Shown here piece after piece: positions 1 through 13,700 of a stretch of DNA of 64,000 bases; within the stretch, counting starts at the first letter, position 1; each line of letters starts with the position of its first letter. The notes under the pieces are model-generated. The model did no database searches, was not told where the DNA came from, and saw only the letters and a list, made by a program, of their open reading frames with translations. A program made the position numbers and the translations under genes. Source of the DNA: Macrostomum hystrix (lineage: Eukaryota > Animalia > Platyhelminthes); contig CATNEN010000015.1 in assembly GCA_950097015.1 (NCBI GenBank), positions 1,984,001 to 2,048,000 of the forward strand, in the 5' to 3' direction.

Positions 1-459
1 TGGACAGGATAGGACAGGACAGGACAGGACAGGATAGGACAGGATAGAACAAGATAAGACAGGACAAACCAGGACAGGGCAGGACAGGACAGGACAGGAC
101 AGGACAGGACAGGATAGGACAGGATAGAACAAGATAAGACAGGACAAACCAGGACAGGACAGGATAGGACAGGATAGGACAGGATGGGACAGGATAAGAA
201 AGGAGAGGAGAGGAGAGGATAGGAGAGGAGAGGAGAGGAGAGGAGAGGAGAGGAGAGGAGAGGAGAGGAGAGGAGAGGAGAGGAGAGGAGAGGAGAGGAG
301 AGGAGAGGAGAGGAGAGGAGAGGAGAGGAGAGGAGAGGAGAGGATAGGAGAGGAGAGGAGAGGAGAGGAGAGGAGAGGAGAGGAGAGGAGAGGACAGGAG
401 AGGAGAGGAGAGGAGAGGAGAGAAGAGGAGAGGAGAGGAGAGGAGAGGAGAGGAGAGGA
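1..459. repeat. Pentanucleotide microsatellite, (GGACA/GGATA)n grading into (GGAGA)n
   Basis: Direct reading of the 5-bp periodicity; continues off the left edge. Confidence 0.97.
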
Positions 460-1589
460 AACGAAGGTGTGAAGCGAGTTCTCGAGTCGTATGCAGTTAA
501 AGATATGTGCTTGGAGGTCAGTGCTGAAGAATATTTAATGAGACCAGGGAAAGCATGCTTAGAGACAGGAGCGCAAGTCGCCGATAAGTGAGTGAGAACG
601 GAATGTGGGCAGAGCAAATTGACTGGACACAAAGCGATGTTCTGAAAGGAAGGCCCAGCCCTCAGGGACTCGGTAACACTGGAAGCAGATAGACGCAGAT
701 GAGCACAAGTGAGCTCGGAGCTGGCGCTAAGCGAAAACTTGGACACCCTTTTTCGAATTTGCTGCCGCCCATCCGCCTGCCCCATGCCCTGTCCTGCCTC
801 CGCGCACTGCCTGTAAATAATTGAGGCCTCAGCAACTCAGTCTGGGCCCAGCCTCCAAGGCCTCTCCATCGTTAATATCATCCGAGGCGCCCTCAGTCTC
901 CGCCCAGATGCATTGAGGCGCAGCTGCTGGATACAATGCGCTGCGTGAGATTAAAACAGTGAAATTCAGCTCACTGGCTTGAGTATAGTTTGAGCAGTGT
1001 GAGCAGGGGGTGGGTGCGTCCCGATGACGGACTCAGGCGTATGCGGGCAGATGCAATCTACAATTTATCCCGCACACTAATGGAAACAGGGAACATTGCA
1101 CTCTGGTGGGATTGATTGTGATGGGAAATTTCAATTCCTCACCTTTCCCACTTTCCCACCCGCTCACCTGCAGAGCTTGTTAATTTGCTTCTTGTGCCAC
1201 TCCTGGCATCCTAGGATATTGCAGACATTATTTTAGATTATCCCTGCTTTAGATTGACACATTCAGATCTATGATTTGTGTAAAAAAATAAATTTCTCTT
1301 CGTGAAGCATTCACAATGCATGGATGATTAGGCTCATATCTAAAGCAGGTTTTATTATTTTTTTCAATCTACGTTTTCTGAGTGCGTGACGAGCTAATGA
1401 GTGAGAGAAGGATATGAAAGAACAGGGCAGTTTTTATAACATCTGTCTTAGCATGGACAACGGGAACTAACACACCATTTCATTTGATTGAAGCTCTACC
1501 CTCTCCGCTTGAGCTCACATACCCTCCCTGTGAATTGGGAGGTTGTCTCCCGTAGACGTACATTGCACATCCCAATATCTACCATCCCA

Positions 1590-2950
1590 ACAAAAACAAC
1601 AACAAAAACAACTAAAACAACAACAACAACAACAACAAAGTACACCGTCTGGAAGAAAATGAAAAGCAGCGTCAGAGGGCGCGCCTGCAGAGTCCGGGGC
1701 GCCAGCATCAGCCAGCAGGAAATCGACGAAGCGTCGAGTTTCGGCCTGGCCACGCCAGTAGGGCACAGCGATACAGGGCCGCGTTTGTGACTCGCTCGTC
1801 GCTGATTCTAAAGATCAGCAACAGGCCGGCGGCGCCGCGTTTACTTGCTGTTCGAGCGGGTCCGTCAGCGTCCAGGTCTCGGCGTTGTACAAAAAGGACG
1901 GTCTCGACCACCGCCTGGAACATCGCCACCTTCTGGAGATCAAGTATGGCATCGGACTGCAGGACCGCCCTCACAGAATGAAGGGCAGCCCAGGCGAGCT
2001 CGCGGCGACGCCGTAGATCTTCGCGGGCGTCAGGTACCAGACCACCGAGGTAGACGAACTGCTGACAGCGCAGAACCTCCGTTGCCTGCCCGTCAGCGTC
2101 TCGGCAGAAAATTGCAGTCTCGATGTCGCCCGGCATGCAGAGCACAACGGTCTCCCTCGTGTTGACCACCAGGCCGACGCTCGCTGCAACGCCAACCAGC
2201 TTGTCCAGCTGGCGCTGGGCGCCCTCTTCTGTCGAGGACAGCAGGGCGAGGTCGTCAGCGTAGCCAAGCACACTGAGACGCCTTTCCGGTCCGCGCAGAA
2301 GGACACCCAGTCAAGCACCAGGACGAACAGGAACGGCGCTAGCGTGTCCCCTTGGAGCACCCCGGAGGATGTCTCAAAGGAGTCGGACAGGCCATCACAG
2401 CTGCTCTCGAAGCACAATACAACGCCATGATGGCAGAGATCACCTGCTCTGGCACATGATACGCACCGAGCAATTCCGGGGGCGTAGCCTCGCATAAAGA
2501 CGACAATCAGTCCAACTGGCTCATTCGCGCCTCCTCAATGATGCGGCGAAGAGCCAGAATCTGCGTAGCTGTGCCGCGATGGGGTCGAAACCCCTTCTGC
2601 TCAGGTCGCAGGTAGGAATCCAGCACGGGTTGCAACCGCGATAGCAGCATCCGGTTGAACAACTTAGCGGCGCAGGATTGCAGGCAGAATCCTCTGTGGT
2701 CCTCTAACCGTGCGGTGCCCGGCTTCTTAGGAATGACGATGATGTGCGCCTTGGTCCACTCCGTGGGCGCCGCCTCACCGAAAAGCACGCGGTTGATCAC
2801 ACGGGGGAAATCACTCGCCAGACAGTGGATGCGCAGCGCTTTGCCGCCCGGTGTCTTCTGGGCGAACATCGGCCATTGTGACTGGCTCTGAAGCTCTGAA
2901 GCTCTCCTCCGACGGCAATGGCGTCTCTGGCAACAGCGTTAGGGTGTTGT
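1590..2950 (-). mobile_element. Decayed, 5'-truncated RTE-like non-LTR retrotransposon fragment (RT domain, (GTT)n 3' tail)
   Basis: Minus-strand pieces PTEWTKAHIIVIPKKPG, LRPEQKGFRPHRG, GVLQGDTLAPFLF and LGYADDL lie in different frames. (GTT)n tail at 1590-1639. Homologous to the copy at 42319-43378. Confidence 0.88.
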
Positions 2951-4330
2951 ATTATCCCAGCACAGGTGACAACTAACCGTGTCCCAATACCCACCATCCC
3001 AGCACAGGTGTTAACTAACCGTGTCCCAATACCTGCCATCCCAGCACAGGTGACAACTAACCGTGTCCCAATACCTGCCATCCCAGCACAGGTGACAACT
3101 AACCGTGTCCCAATACCTGCCATCCCAGCACAGGAGACAACTAACCGTGTCCCAATACCTGCCATCCCAGCACAGGTGACAACTAACCGTGTCCCAATAC
3201 CTGCCATCCCAGCACAGGTGACAACTAGCCGTGTCCCAATACCCACCATCCCAGCACAGGTGACAACTAACCGTGTCCCAATACCTGCCATCCCAGCACA
3301 GGAGACAACTAACCGTGTCCCAATACCTGCCATCCCAGCACAGGTGATAACTAACCGTGTCCCAGTACCTGCCATCCCAGCACAGGTTATAACTAACCGT
3401 GTCCCAATACCTGCCATCCCAGCACAGGTGATAACTAACCGTGTCCCAGTACCTGCCATCCCAGCACAGGTTATAACTAACCGTGTCCCAATACCTGCCA
3501 TCCCAGCACAGGTTATAACTAACCGTGTCCCAATACCTGCCATCCCAGCACAGGTGATAACTAACCGTGTCCCAATACCTGCCATCCCAGCACAGGTGAT
3601 AACTAACCGTGTCCCAGTACCTGCCATCCCAGCACAGGTTATAACTAACCGTGTCCCAATACCTGCCATCCCAGCACAGGTTATAACTAACCGTGTCACA
3701 ATACCCACCATCCCAGCACAGGTGATAACTAACCGTGTCCCAATACCTGCCATCCCAGCACAGGTGATAACTAACCGTGTCCCAATACCTGCCATCCCAG
3801 CACAGGAGACAACTAACCGTGTCCCAATACCTGCCATCCCAGCACAGGAGACAACTAACCGTGTCCCAATACCTGCCATCCCAGCACAGGTGATAACTAA
3901 CTGTGTCCCAATACCTGCCATCCCAGCACAGGAGACAACTAACCGTGTCCCAATACCTGCCATCCCAGCACAGGTGATAACTAACCGTGTCCCAGTACCT
4001 GCCATCCCAGCACAGGTTATAACTAACCGTGTCCCAATACCTGCCATCCCAGCACAGGTGATAACTAACCGTGTCCCAGTACCTGCCATCCCAGCACAGG
4101 TTATAACTAACCGTGTCCCAATACCTGCCATCCCAGCACAGGTTATAACTAACCGTGTCCCAATACCTGCCATCCCAGCACAGGTGATAACTAACCGTGT
4201 CCCAGTACCTGCCATCCCAGCACAGGTTATAACTAACCGTGTCCCAATACCTGCCATCCCAGCACAGGTGATAACTAACCGTGTCCCAGTACCTGCCATC
4301 CCAGCACAGGTGATAACTGTGTTCCAATAC
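2951..4330. repeat. 39-bp minisatellite, ~35 units (CCCAGCACAGGTGACAACTAACCGTGTCCCAATACCTGCCAT-type)
   Basis: Direct tandem periodicity; explains the 438-507 aa repetitive ORFs on both strands. Confidence 0.97.
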
Positions 4331-7300
4331 CTATCTCACAAGAGAAAGGAAGGCGCGGAACGAAGTCTCCGGCTAGTAGGCAGTTCTGGGTGCCCAGTCC
4401 CATCTTGCTGTTCTATTTCGCCAGAAACAAGTAGTGCATAGTGTTCTGCTGTGCCGGATGGCACGGAAGGCAGTTCAAGCTAAAGTGGGGCCCTGCACCC
4501 ACTCCGCGCTGAAGACGGCGGCAGTATAGTGAGCAGTGCTCAGGGCTATAATTTGATGCCGCTAAATTGCATATGCAAGCGAGACTGGCACGACACAGCG
4601 GGGGGAGGAGGTGAGAATGCGGCCAGGGCCGGGCACAGCTCAGAAAGTATCCTTTAAGGCAGAACTCGAAAAGGCGTCGAGAGTGGGGAGTGGCTCAGTC
4701 AGTGAGCCAGCTCAGTGGAGGCTGAGAGCTCGTGGGGTTCATCTCGCAGGCTGTGGAGCGCAAATTCCATTTGCCTCACTTCTGCTTCAGCGGGGGGGCG
4801 CCCGCCAGCTCGAGGCAGAGAGCGCCCTCTCCCGTGTGGCCGCTTCCACTTTGCTCGATCCCAACATCTTCTTCCTCCTCCCCCGCTCTCTCACTTATGC
4901 CCCCCGCTTTCCTCTTCCCGAATCCCAATCTCATATCCATTTCTTTTTTCTAGTCCAGCTCCTCATCCTGCCGAGTTATAAGTGAGAATTTGGCGAGAAA
5001 ATATTGCAACAGCGGCGCCTCAGTAGCTGGGCGTGAGTAATTGCGGTCCTAATTGGTAATAGCGCTTTCACGTCTGAGCTGGCCTACTCAACAGTAGGCG
5101 AGTTTGGGGGAAATACTCTGGAAATATTTCACAATAATAAAATAAGAGAAAAGGTGTTTAAATCAAACTTGCTAATATGCTCTGAAAAATAAAGCGGAAA
5201 TAGTTAATTAAGTGCACTTTAAGTGCTACAGATTAGAAATGAGGCCTTCTCGAGGCCTTGAGAAGCTCAGAACTGCAGTAGTTGCACTCTCAGAGAACCG
5301 TCTGAGTCAGCCAGTCAGTCCCAGCAATCGGACAATCTGAAATTCAAGATGTCAGTGTCAGGCCCGGCCAGTGTTCACAGTCTCAGATTCTGTGCTGCAC
5401 GCACTGATTTAAACACAGACGGCTCGCAGCTGCGAAGGCCTGAACGAGCTGGGTAGGGTCTCCTCACCGCCCGCTCTCTCCTCTCACCGTGATTTATCTC
5501 CCCCTTATACCCTTTCCCAGCTCCCCCACCCCACCCACATATAGACATGAGCTGCCTTCCTCCCGACATCTTGCATTATACTCTCCCGGTCCTGCCTTAT
5601 CCTGGCGACTCGCCTGGAGCGCACGCGCTGGCAGGCCGGCTTGACTTCCCTGTACCCGCGACGCAATCGCAGTATTATGGCCCCCACTGCCGCTCCCACC
5701 TCAGTATTTAGCTAGCCTAGGAGAGGACGATCATAAAAGAGGGAGCAGGCCAACAGCTCAAAGTCTTTGCTCGGCAGCTCAAACGAATTGAGTCTTGAGA
5801 GAATTGGTCTGTGCGTCAGATATGTACGCGTGAGTACCGTGCGCGTGTTGAGAAACTGATGCTCAGCCGACCTGCACCTCAATCCGATCCCGCCGTGCCT
5901 CAATTCAATATCAGAAGCCTCCTGTGCACCGACGGGGGCAGAAACCTGATCTTCTTCTCTCTGAATGCTGACTGCCATTGAATAGACTCGAGAGAAGAGA
6001 CAGGGCAGGGCTAGCTCATGAGAACGTAAAGAGAAAAGTAATAAGATGACAGGAACAGCAGCTGCTCCAAGAGCTACTGGCAAATGAGGCTGCATTTCTG
6101 CAAAAGAAACTATCCCACTCCTTGCCTGGCCTTTCCTTTAGCTACTCTGCCCCCTTGTCAGCTCTCTCAGTCCTCAGTGTGTCTCGGAACCCGTCTCCCA
6201 AGCTGAAGGCTCGAGTGAGACCTGCAGGGACTCAGACATCAAAGGAACTGAGGGGTTTGAGAGCAGAGTAAACACGCAGCTGATGAGCTGGCTATCCCCA
6301 TCATAGAGAATCATTTGTGAGCTGTCCAGTGAGCTAGAATTATCCTGGTTAACTTGCGAATTCAGCAAAAGCCCACTTCAATCCGCTGAGAAGAGGTCGA
6401 ACCCGCGACTCACTGTGGACCGGCTGTGGAATTCTCAGCTCGGGATTATGCATGTGCGGATTCTGGATTCCTGGGGATTTCGCGGTTTGAGAACAGCTGA
6501 GAACAGCGCAGCTCTGAGTCTGTCGGATGAGGCTGGCTTAGGAAAGTGCGAGCTGAGGTGGCAGCGACCTCGGACACGCGGCCTGAAACTGATAACTGAG
6601 AGCCTCGCTGGCGGGAAGGAGAAGCTCGATGTGCGAGGCAAAGGTTGAGCCCCGAGGAAAGAGGGATGGGGATTTTTTGGAAAGAACTGCCCCGCCTTTC
6701 TCCTCACACTAAATCCCGAGAGCATCTCTAAGGAGCGAGGAGGCAGACGAATGCGGGATGCGGGGGGGGAGAGAAGGAGAGCTTTGAGCAGTGCTCAAAC
6801 TCAAACCGCCCTGTCACCCTCGCGCACAAACCAGATCCTGCGGGGGATCTGGGGATGGGGATCCGGCGAGGGAGGGACGGGCGGGAGAGAGCGGCGGAGC
6901 GCTCATTGTGCCTCGGCCCTGCCTCACCCCATACCCAATATAGACACCGCCTTATTCAGTGGGATCTCGGGAAACCAGCTCCCATTGATTCGGGGAGTGG
7001 CCCCTCAGCCACCTCCCTCCTCCACCCCCTCTCCTCTCCGCATCCCTCCTCGCATCCTCACGCAATCCTTCTTCCCCTCGGGTGCTCAAACCGGCCCAAG
7101 CTCCGTCTGGGATATAAAAAAGCGTTCAGTCGCAAGGCCCGCACGACCTGACGGCCTCCCCGCCTTCAAGCCGCTCCCAAACAGCCGCCTCGAGCAAGGG
7201 ACCCGGACAAAGCAGGCCATAATATCACACATTAGCGACTGGACAGGCCTGTAAGCCAGCTGCCCCGCAACACCTCAACCAGGCCCACCGTTGTTTGGCC

Positions 7301-7742
7301 CAAGAACCGTTCCGGTCTACTCAAAAAAATCAGCCAATAAATTCGGCTCGGATTTGGTTCGACTTTCGGCGCTGAAGGGAGGCGAGCTTACTCACCGAGC
7401 AATTCTCTCTCTCTCTCCCGCTCTTTGTTGGCCTCGAGATCCCATTCACATATAAGCCAACCAGAAATTCAACAAATTGAAAGGGAGAAACACGAAGCGA
7501 GAGGATTTCAATCAAGGCAGAGGCAGTGAAGCGTTGCATCCGATACAGAGGTCGCTGAGACCACGCCACGAAAATTCACACCGACCCAATCGCTGCTGAA
7601 ACAACCGGCTGACCTCGCTTAGCAACTGGGCGCATTGCTAATAAAGAGCCGAATAAACGCTGCGGTGAAGGAAGGTCACAAGGAACCAGGTCGGAGGCTC
7701 TGCTTACACGGGAATTTTTATTAGAAAAGTGCAGCTCAGCAA

Positions 7743-10700
7743 ATGATGATAGCAGAGCATGCCATGAGCATGGCTCAACTGCTGCCGAAGACAATGGACT
7801 TTGCTGGAATGTGCCAGCAACAGCAGCAGCAGCACCATCACAATGGCAAACTGTATGACGGCCTACAGACAGCACAGCAGCATCAGCAGCAGCAGCAGCA
7901 GCACTGTAACATGGACAAGGTGAAACTGATCCAGTATCAGCTGGCCAATTTGCCAGGACACGAAGGTGAGACAAATAGCACTTGAGAGAGACTAGATGAG
8001 TAAGGAGACTAGATTAGGAAGAGTGGATAAGGAAGAGTAGATGAGGGAGAGTAGATGAGGGAGAGTAGATAAGGAAGAGTAGATGAGGGAGAGTAGATGA
8101 GGGAGAGTAGATGAGGGAGAGTAGACGAGGGAGAGTAGATGAGGGAGGGTAGATGAGGGAAAGTAGATGAGGGAGAGTAGATAAGGGAGAGTAGATGAGG
8201 GAAAGTAGATAAGGGAGAGTAGATGAGGGAGACTAGATTAGGAAGTGTAGATTCAGTAGATGGTGAAGCAGGCAACTGAAGGAGCAGGTGGGACAGGCTC
8301 AGGTTTGAAAAGAACAGAGCAGAATAATGAAAATGGTTTTTGAGAATAAAATTTGAGAAGGCCGAAACACAGATGAGTAAAATCAGCTTCTATGACTAAG
8401 CAGAGGACACCTGAGCCAGAATCCCATTCAACTGGGCGTCTTTGTTCTCCATCCTGCTTCCGCACCTGTCTCAGAAGCCTTTCCTCCCTATCATTCAGGC
8501 AGCCTCACCAAATAAGCAAAATAATCCTCATTCATATGATTAGCAGAGATTTGTTACTGGATTCGCTCAGGCAGGCACGAAGCACCTCAGCTAAAATTGC
8601 AGGATGGCTCAGCCAATTTCATATCCAAGCAGTTTTTGTTTCACAGAGGTTATCATTTTCCCTGCTTCGGTTCGTGTCGGGGGGATTACCCTCCCCCCTC
8701 TGTGCTCTTTCCTCTCCGTCTTTCCTGCTTTCGCTGGCCTCACATTTGATTACGCAATCGACATTAGGGAAGCCAGACTCGCAGCCGTTCCCCCCGACAC
8801 GTCTGTCGCCTGAGCGTCACGTGCCCGCTCGCTGACGTGTTATCCCCTCCTTCCCAGCCCCAACCCCAGATCAGAGCACTGAGCAGAGCACAAGACGTCT
8901 GTCTTGAGAAGCTGCGGTGAGTCACGGGCAATGCTCCCACCTGGCTTCATCCGCGGTTCTCTATAAGACTCCCCCCAAAAAAATAGAAGTAGCAGTTGGG
9001 GGAGGCAAAGTATTAAAACTCCCAGCCACCTGTCATCGTTAGGTAATGCTCCATTCTGTGTGTGTGATAGTGATCTGCCCCAGGATATCACAGAACCGCT
9101 GCGGCATTTGCCGGCAAGAAACGAAAGTTTCGAACCAAAGTTTAAAGTTAAGCTGTTTTGCAAAGCTGAAGCTCACTAAATTATTGCTGCGAAAAACCGA
9201 CATAAAATAATTTTTTTCATACTGCAGTTTCATAGCTCAGCCTAACGCATAGCTGATCTCTCTCTTCTCTCCACAAGTCCCTCTCTTTTCTCCCCAGTCT
9301 TCTTTACTCTACCCAAGTCCCTCTCTCTCATCAACTCCAGTCTCTCTCTTCTCTCCCCCAGTTTCTCTCTTCTCTCCCCCAGTTTCTCTCTTCTCTCCCC
9401 CAGTCTCTCTCTTCTCTCCCCAGTCTCTCTCTTCTCTCCCCCAGTCTCTCTTCTCTCCCCCAGTCTCTCTCTTCTCTCCCCGAGTTTCTCTCTTCTCTCC
9501 CCAGTCTCTCTCTTCTCTCCCCAGTCTCCCTCTTCTCTCCCCCCAGTCTCTCTCTTCTCTCCCCAGTCTCTCTCCCATCCCTCTCCTCACCACCATTCCG
9601 GATAAGTTCCTCCAAAGGGCACATGCCAACTCCCTTCCGCAGATGACCGCAAGCTGTTCGTTGGCATGCTGTCCAAGCAGCAGTCGGAAGAGGACGTGCG
9701 TCGACTGTTCGAGCCCTACGGCCAGATCGAGGAGTGCACCATCCTGCGCGACCAGAACGGATCTAGCAAGGGCTGCGCCTTTGTGAAGTACGGCAACCAC
9801 CTGGAGGCTCAGAGCGCCATTAACAACCTGCACGGCAGCCAAACTATGCCGGTAAGACTGACTGGGTAGACACTATTAGTTAGTTTTACCTGTGCTGGGG
9901 TGGTAGGTACTGGGACACGGTTAGTTGTCACCTGTGCTGGAATGGCAGGTACTGGGACACGGTTAGTTGTCACCTGTGCTGGAATGGCAGGTACTGGGAC
10001 ACGGTTAGTTGTCACCTGTGCTGGAATGGCAGGTACTGGCACACGGCTAGTTGTCACCTGTGCTGGAATGGCAGGTACTGGCACACGGCTAGTTGTCACC
10101 TGTGCTGGAATGGCAGGTACTGGCACACGGCTAGTTGTCACCTGTGCTGGAATGGCAGGTACTGGCACACGGCTAGTTGTCACCTGTGCTGGAATGGCAG
10201 GTACTGGCACACGGCTAGTTGTCACCTGTGCTGGAATGGCAGGTACTGGCACACGGTTAGTTGTCACCTGTGCTGGGAAGGCAGGTATTGGGACACGGTT
10301 AGTTGTCACCTGTGCTGGGAAGGCAGGTATTGGGACACGGCTAGTTGTCACCTGTGCTGGGAAGGCAGGTATTGGGACACGGTTAGTTGTCACCTGTGCT
10401 GGGATGGCAGGTATTGGGACACGGTTAGTTGTCACCTGTGCTGGGAAGGCAGGTATTGGGACACGGCTAGTTGTCAAAAGCTATGCAACTCTAGTTTTTC
10501 ACAGGTAGCAGAAAAATATTTTTTTCGCTGCCGTGATTGTGAGCAGTCGGTGAGTAGGTTCGGAGCACCGGGTTTGCGAGTCAGCGGTGATTCACCCGAT
10601 ATTTTCTGTCTGTGTCGAAAAAACGGCAGCCTTAGTCCGCTTTTTACAGACAGGAAGCGCCCAGGTCCCACCCCTGAGCTGTCCCTTTAGGGATCAGACA

Positions 10701-13700
10701 GCGTGAGAGAGAGAGTGAGGAACAGGGCATGGAGGGGAAATTTTAGGACTCAGCTGGGATGCTCTAAAATTTGCCCCATTCCCTTCCAAAAGGCATTTCG
10801 GTCGGGGGCAGCCAGGAAACGCAAAGGGGTCCGGGGCATTGTGCGCCTGTCACAAGCTGCTCCAGCTGATGCTGAGGCCGGGAGGAAGGCCAGATCACAG
10901 GGTCGCCGATTTGAGCAGCTTTGAAAAAAAATTTTGAAAACAGACACAAACGAACTCAACCTCAGAGCTGGCTCGGCTGACTCAGTTCTGAACTCAGATC
11001 AGAAGCCCAGATTTATACAATGAGCCCGCCAGCACGCAATATTTTCTTTGGGGTTCCGATTCGGTTTCGAGAAATCCAATCCGATTATCGGAACACAATC
11101 AGGTTTGGCTTTTTGAAATGCGGACAGCAGGTGCTCCTGCTAGATTGATGGCTCATCGATCGGACCGTCTTTTTTGATCTGGACATAAAAAAATTTAATT
11201 GGGATCGAAATATGCTTTTCTTTGAAACTTATCCTCTCGGCTACATTTGAAGGTCAGGGCCTAGACTTTCTGGGCTGAATAACAATTTGTGAAACTGATT
11301 GAAGCTTTAGAAACTGGGTGAGACTTTGGGGAACTGGGTGAGACTTTGGGGAACTGGGTGAGACTTTGGGGAACTGGGTGAGACTTTGGGAAACTGGGTG
11401 AGACTTTGGGAAACTGGGTGAGACTTTGGGGAACTGGGTGAGACTTTGGGAAACTGGGTGAGACTTTGGGAAACTGGGTGAGACTTTGGGGAACTGTTTG
11501 AGACCTTGGGGAACTGGGTGAGATTTTGGGGAACTGTTTGAGACCTTGGGGAACTGTTTGAGACCTTGGGGAACTGGGTGAGACTTTGGGGAACTGTTTG
11601 AGACCTTGGGGAACTGGGTGAAATTTTGGGGAACTGTTTGAGACCTTAGGGAACTGGGTGAGATTTTGGGGAACTGTTTGAGACCTTGGGGAACTGTTTG
11701 AGACTTTGGGGAACTGGGTGAGACTTTGGGGAACTGTTTGAGACCTTGGGGAACTGGGTGAGATTTTGGGGAACTGTTTGAGACCTTGGGGAACTGTTTG
11801 AGACCTTGGGGAACTGGGTGAGACTTTGGGGAACTGTTTGAGACCTTGGGGAACTGGGTGAAATTTTGGGGAACTGTTTGAGACCTTAGGGAACTGGGTG
11901 AGATTTTGGGGAACTGTTTGAGACCTTGGGGAACTGGGTGAGACTTTGGGGAACTGTTTGAGACCTTGGGGAACTGTTTGAGACCTTGGGGAACTGGGTG
12001 AGACTTTGGGGAACTGGGCGAGACTTTGGGGAACTGGGTGGAATTTCGGGGAACTGGGTAAGATTTTGGGGAACTGGGTGAGATTTTGGGGAACTGTTTG
12101 AGACCTTGGGGAACTGGGTGAAATTTTGGGGAACTGGGCGAGATTTTGGGGAACTGGGTGAGATTTTGGGGAACTGGATGAGATTTTGGGGAACTGGGTG
12201 AGATTCTAGGGAACTGGATGAGATTTTGGGGAGCTCAGTAAGATTCTGTGGAGACTTTTAAAAATGAAGAAAGCTTTCTATCATTCCAAAACAGGGTGCC
12301 AGCAGTTCCATTGTGGTGAAATTCGCTGACAACGAGAAGGAGCGGCAGCTGCGCAAGCTGCAGCAGATGGTGGGCCCACTGGGGCTCATCAGCCCCGGCC
12401 TGGCGGGAGTGGCCGGTGGACTCAACCCCGTGGCCTCACCGTTTGCTCAGGTGAGTCTATTTGGACATTGAGTTGGATTGAAGAGCCTTTGAGACAGTCA
12501 GGTAGAGTGACTTTGAGACACAGTCAGCTAGAGTGACTTTGAGACACAGTCAGGTAGAGTGACTTTGAGACACAGTCAGGTAGAGCGACTTTGAGACACA
12601 GTCAGGTAGAGCGACTTTGAGACACAGTCAGCTAGAGTGACTTTGAGACACAGTCAGGTAGAGCGACTTTGAGACACAGTCAGGTAGAGCGACTTTGAGA
12701 CACAGTCAGGTAGAGCGACTTTGAGACACAGTCAGGTAGAGTGACTTTGAGACACAGTCAGGTAGAGTGACTTTGAGACACAGTCAGGTAGAGCGACTTT
12801 GAGACACAGTCAGGTAGAGTGACTCTGAGACAGTCAGGTAGACTTTGAGACACAGTCAGGTAGACAGACTCTGAGACACAGTCAGGTAGACTTTGAGACA
12901 CAGTCAGGTAGAGTGACTTTGAGACACAGTCAGGTAGAGCGACTTTGAGACACATTCAGGTAGAGTGACTTTGAGACACAGTCAGGTAGACAGACTCTGA
13001 GACACAGTCAGGTAGACAGACTCTGAGACACACAGGTAGCGTCATTTGAGAACTGTATGGGTCCAAAACGTGAACTAGCTGATTTTAAAGGACCACATGA
13101 GCTGGATCAGTCCCGCCTGGCCTGTCCCGCAGTCATCCGGCTACATCAACCCGGTGGCAGCGCTGGCGATTCAGCTGCAGAGCGCCACGGCCTCCCAGCC
13201 AGGTCTGGCTGGCCTGACCCCGGCGCTCAACTCCACCGTGGCCAATCCTGGCTGCAGCGGAGCTGGCGGCGGGCACACTTCGCTGACTTCAGCAGGTCAG
13301 GGCAGCGTGCTCAGCCCGGTCAGCTCAGGGCCCGGCAGCATGCAGCAACAGCAGCAGCAGCAGTCATCGGCTGCGGCCGCTGCCGCTGCTGTGAATGGCG
13401 CTGCGGCGGCGGCGGCGGCTGCTGCTGCGGCTTCGGCGGACACGGCGGCAGCGCTCTACGCGGCCACCAGTGGCATGCCGGCGCAGTACATCAATGGCGG
13501 CGGTGAGGCTCAGGCTTGCATTTGAAATCTCGTGGGTCTTGGGATTTCGTAAATTAATTAAGGATTAATTAAGAAGATGCGCTCCTTAATGGACAAGGTC
13601 GCACCAGACGCACAAAAGGAATAACTGAAACAAAATCTCCCAATTTCAGGCGCTGATCCCCTGCATCAGGTCTACTCTGCTGCCGTGCATCCGTACCCGG

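Noticed and set aside
2797-4441. 438-507-aa repetitive ORFs on both strands
   Set aside because: All lie within the 39-bp array; open in several frames at once, with no unique domain.
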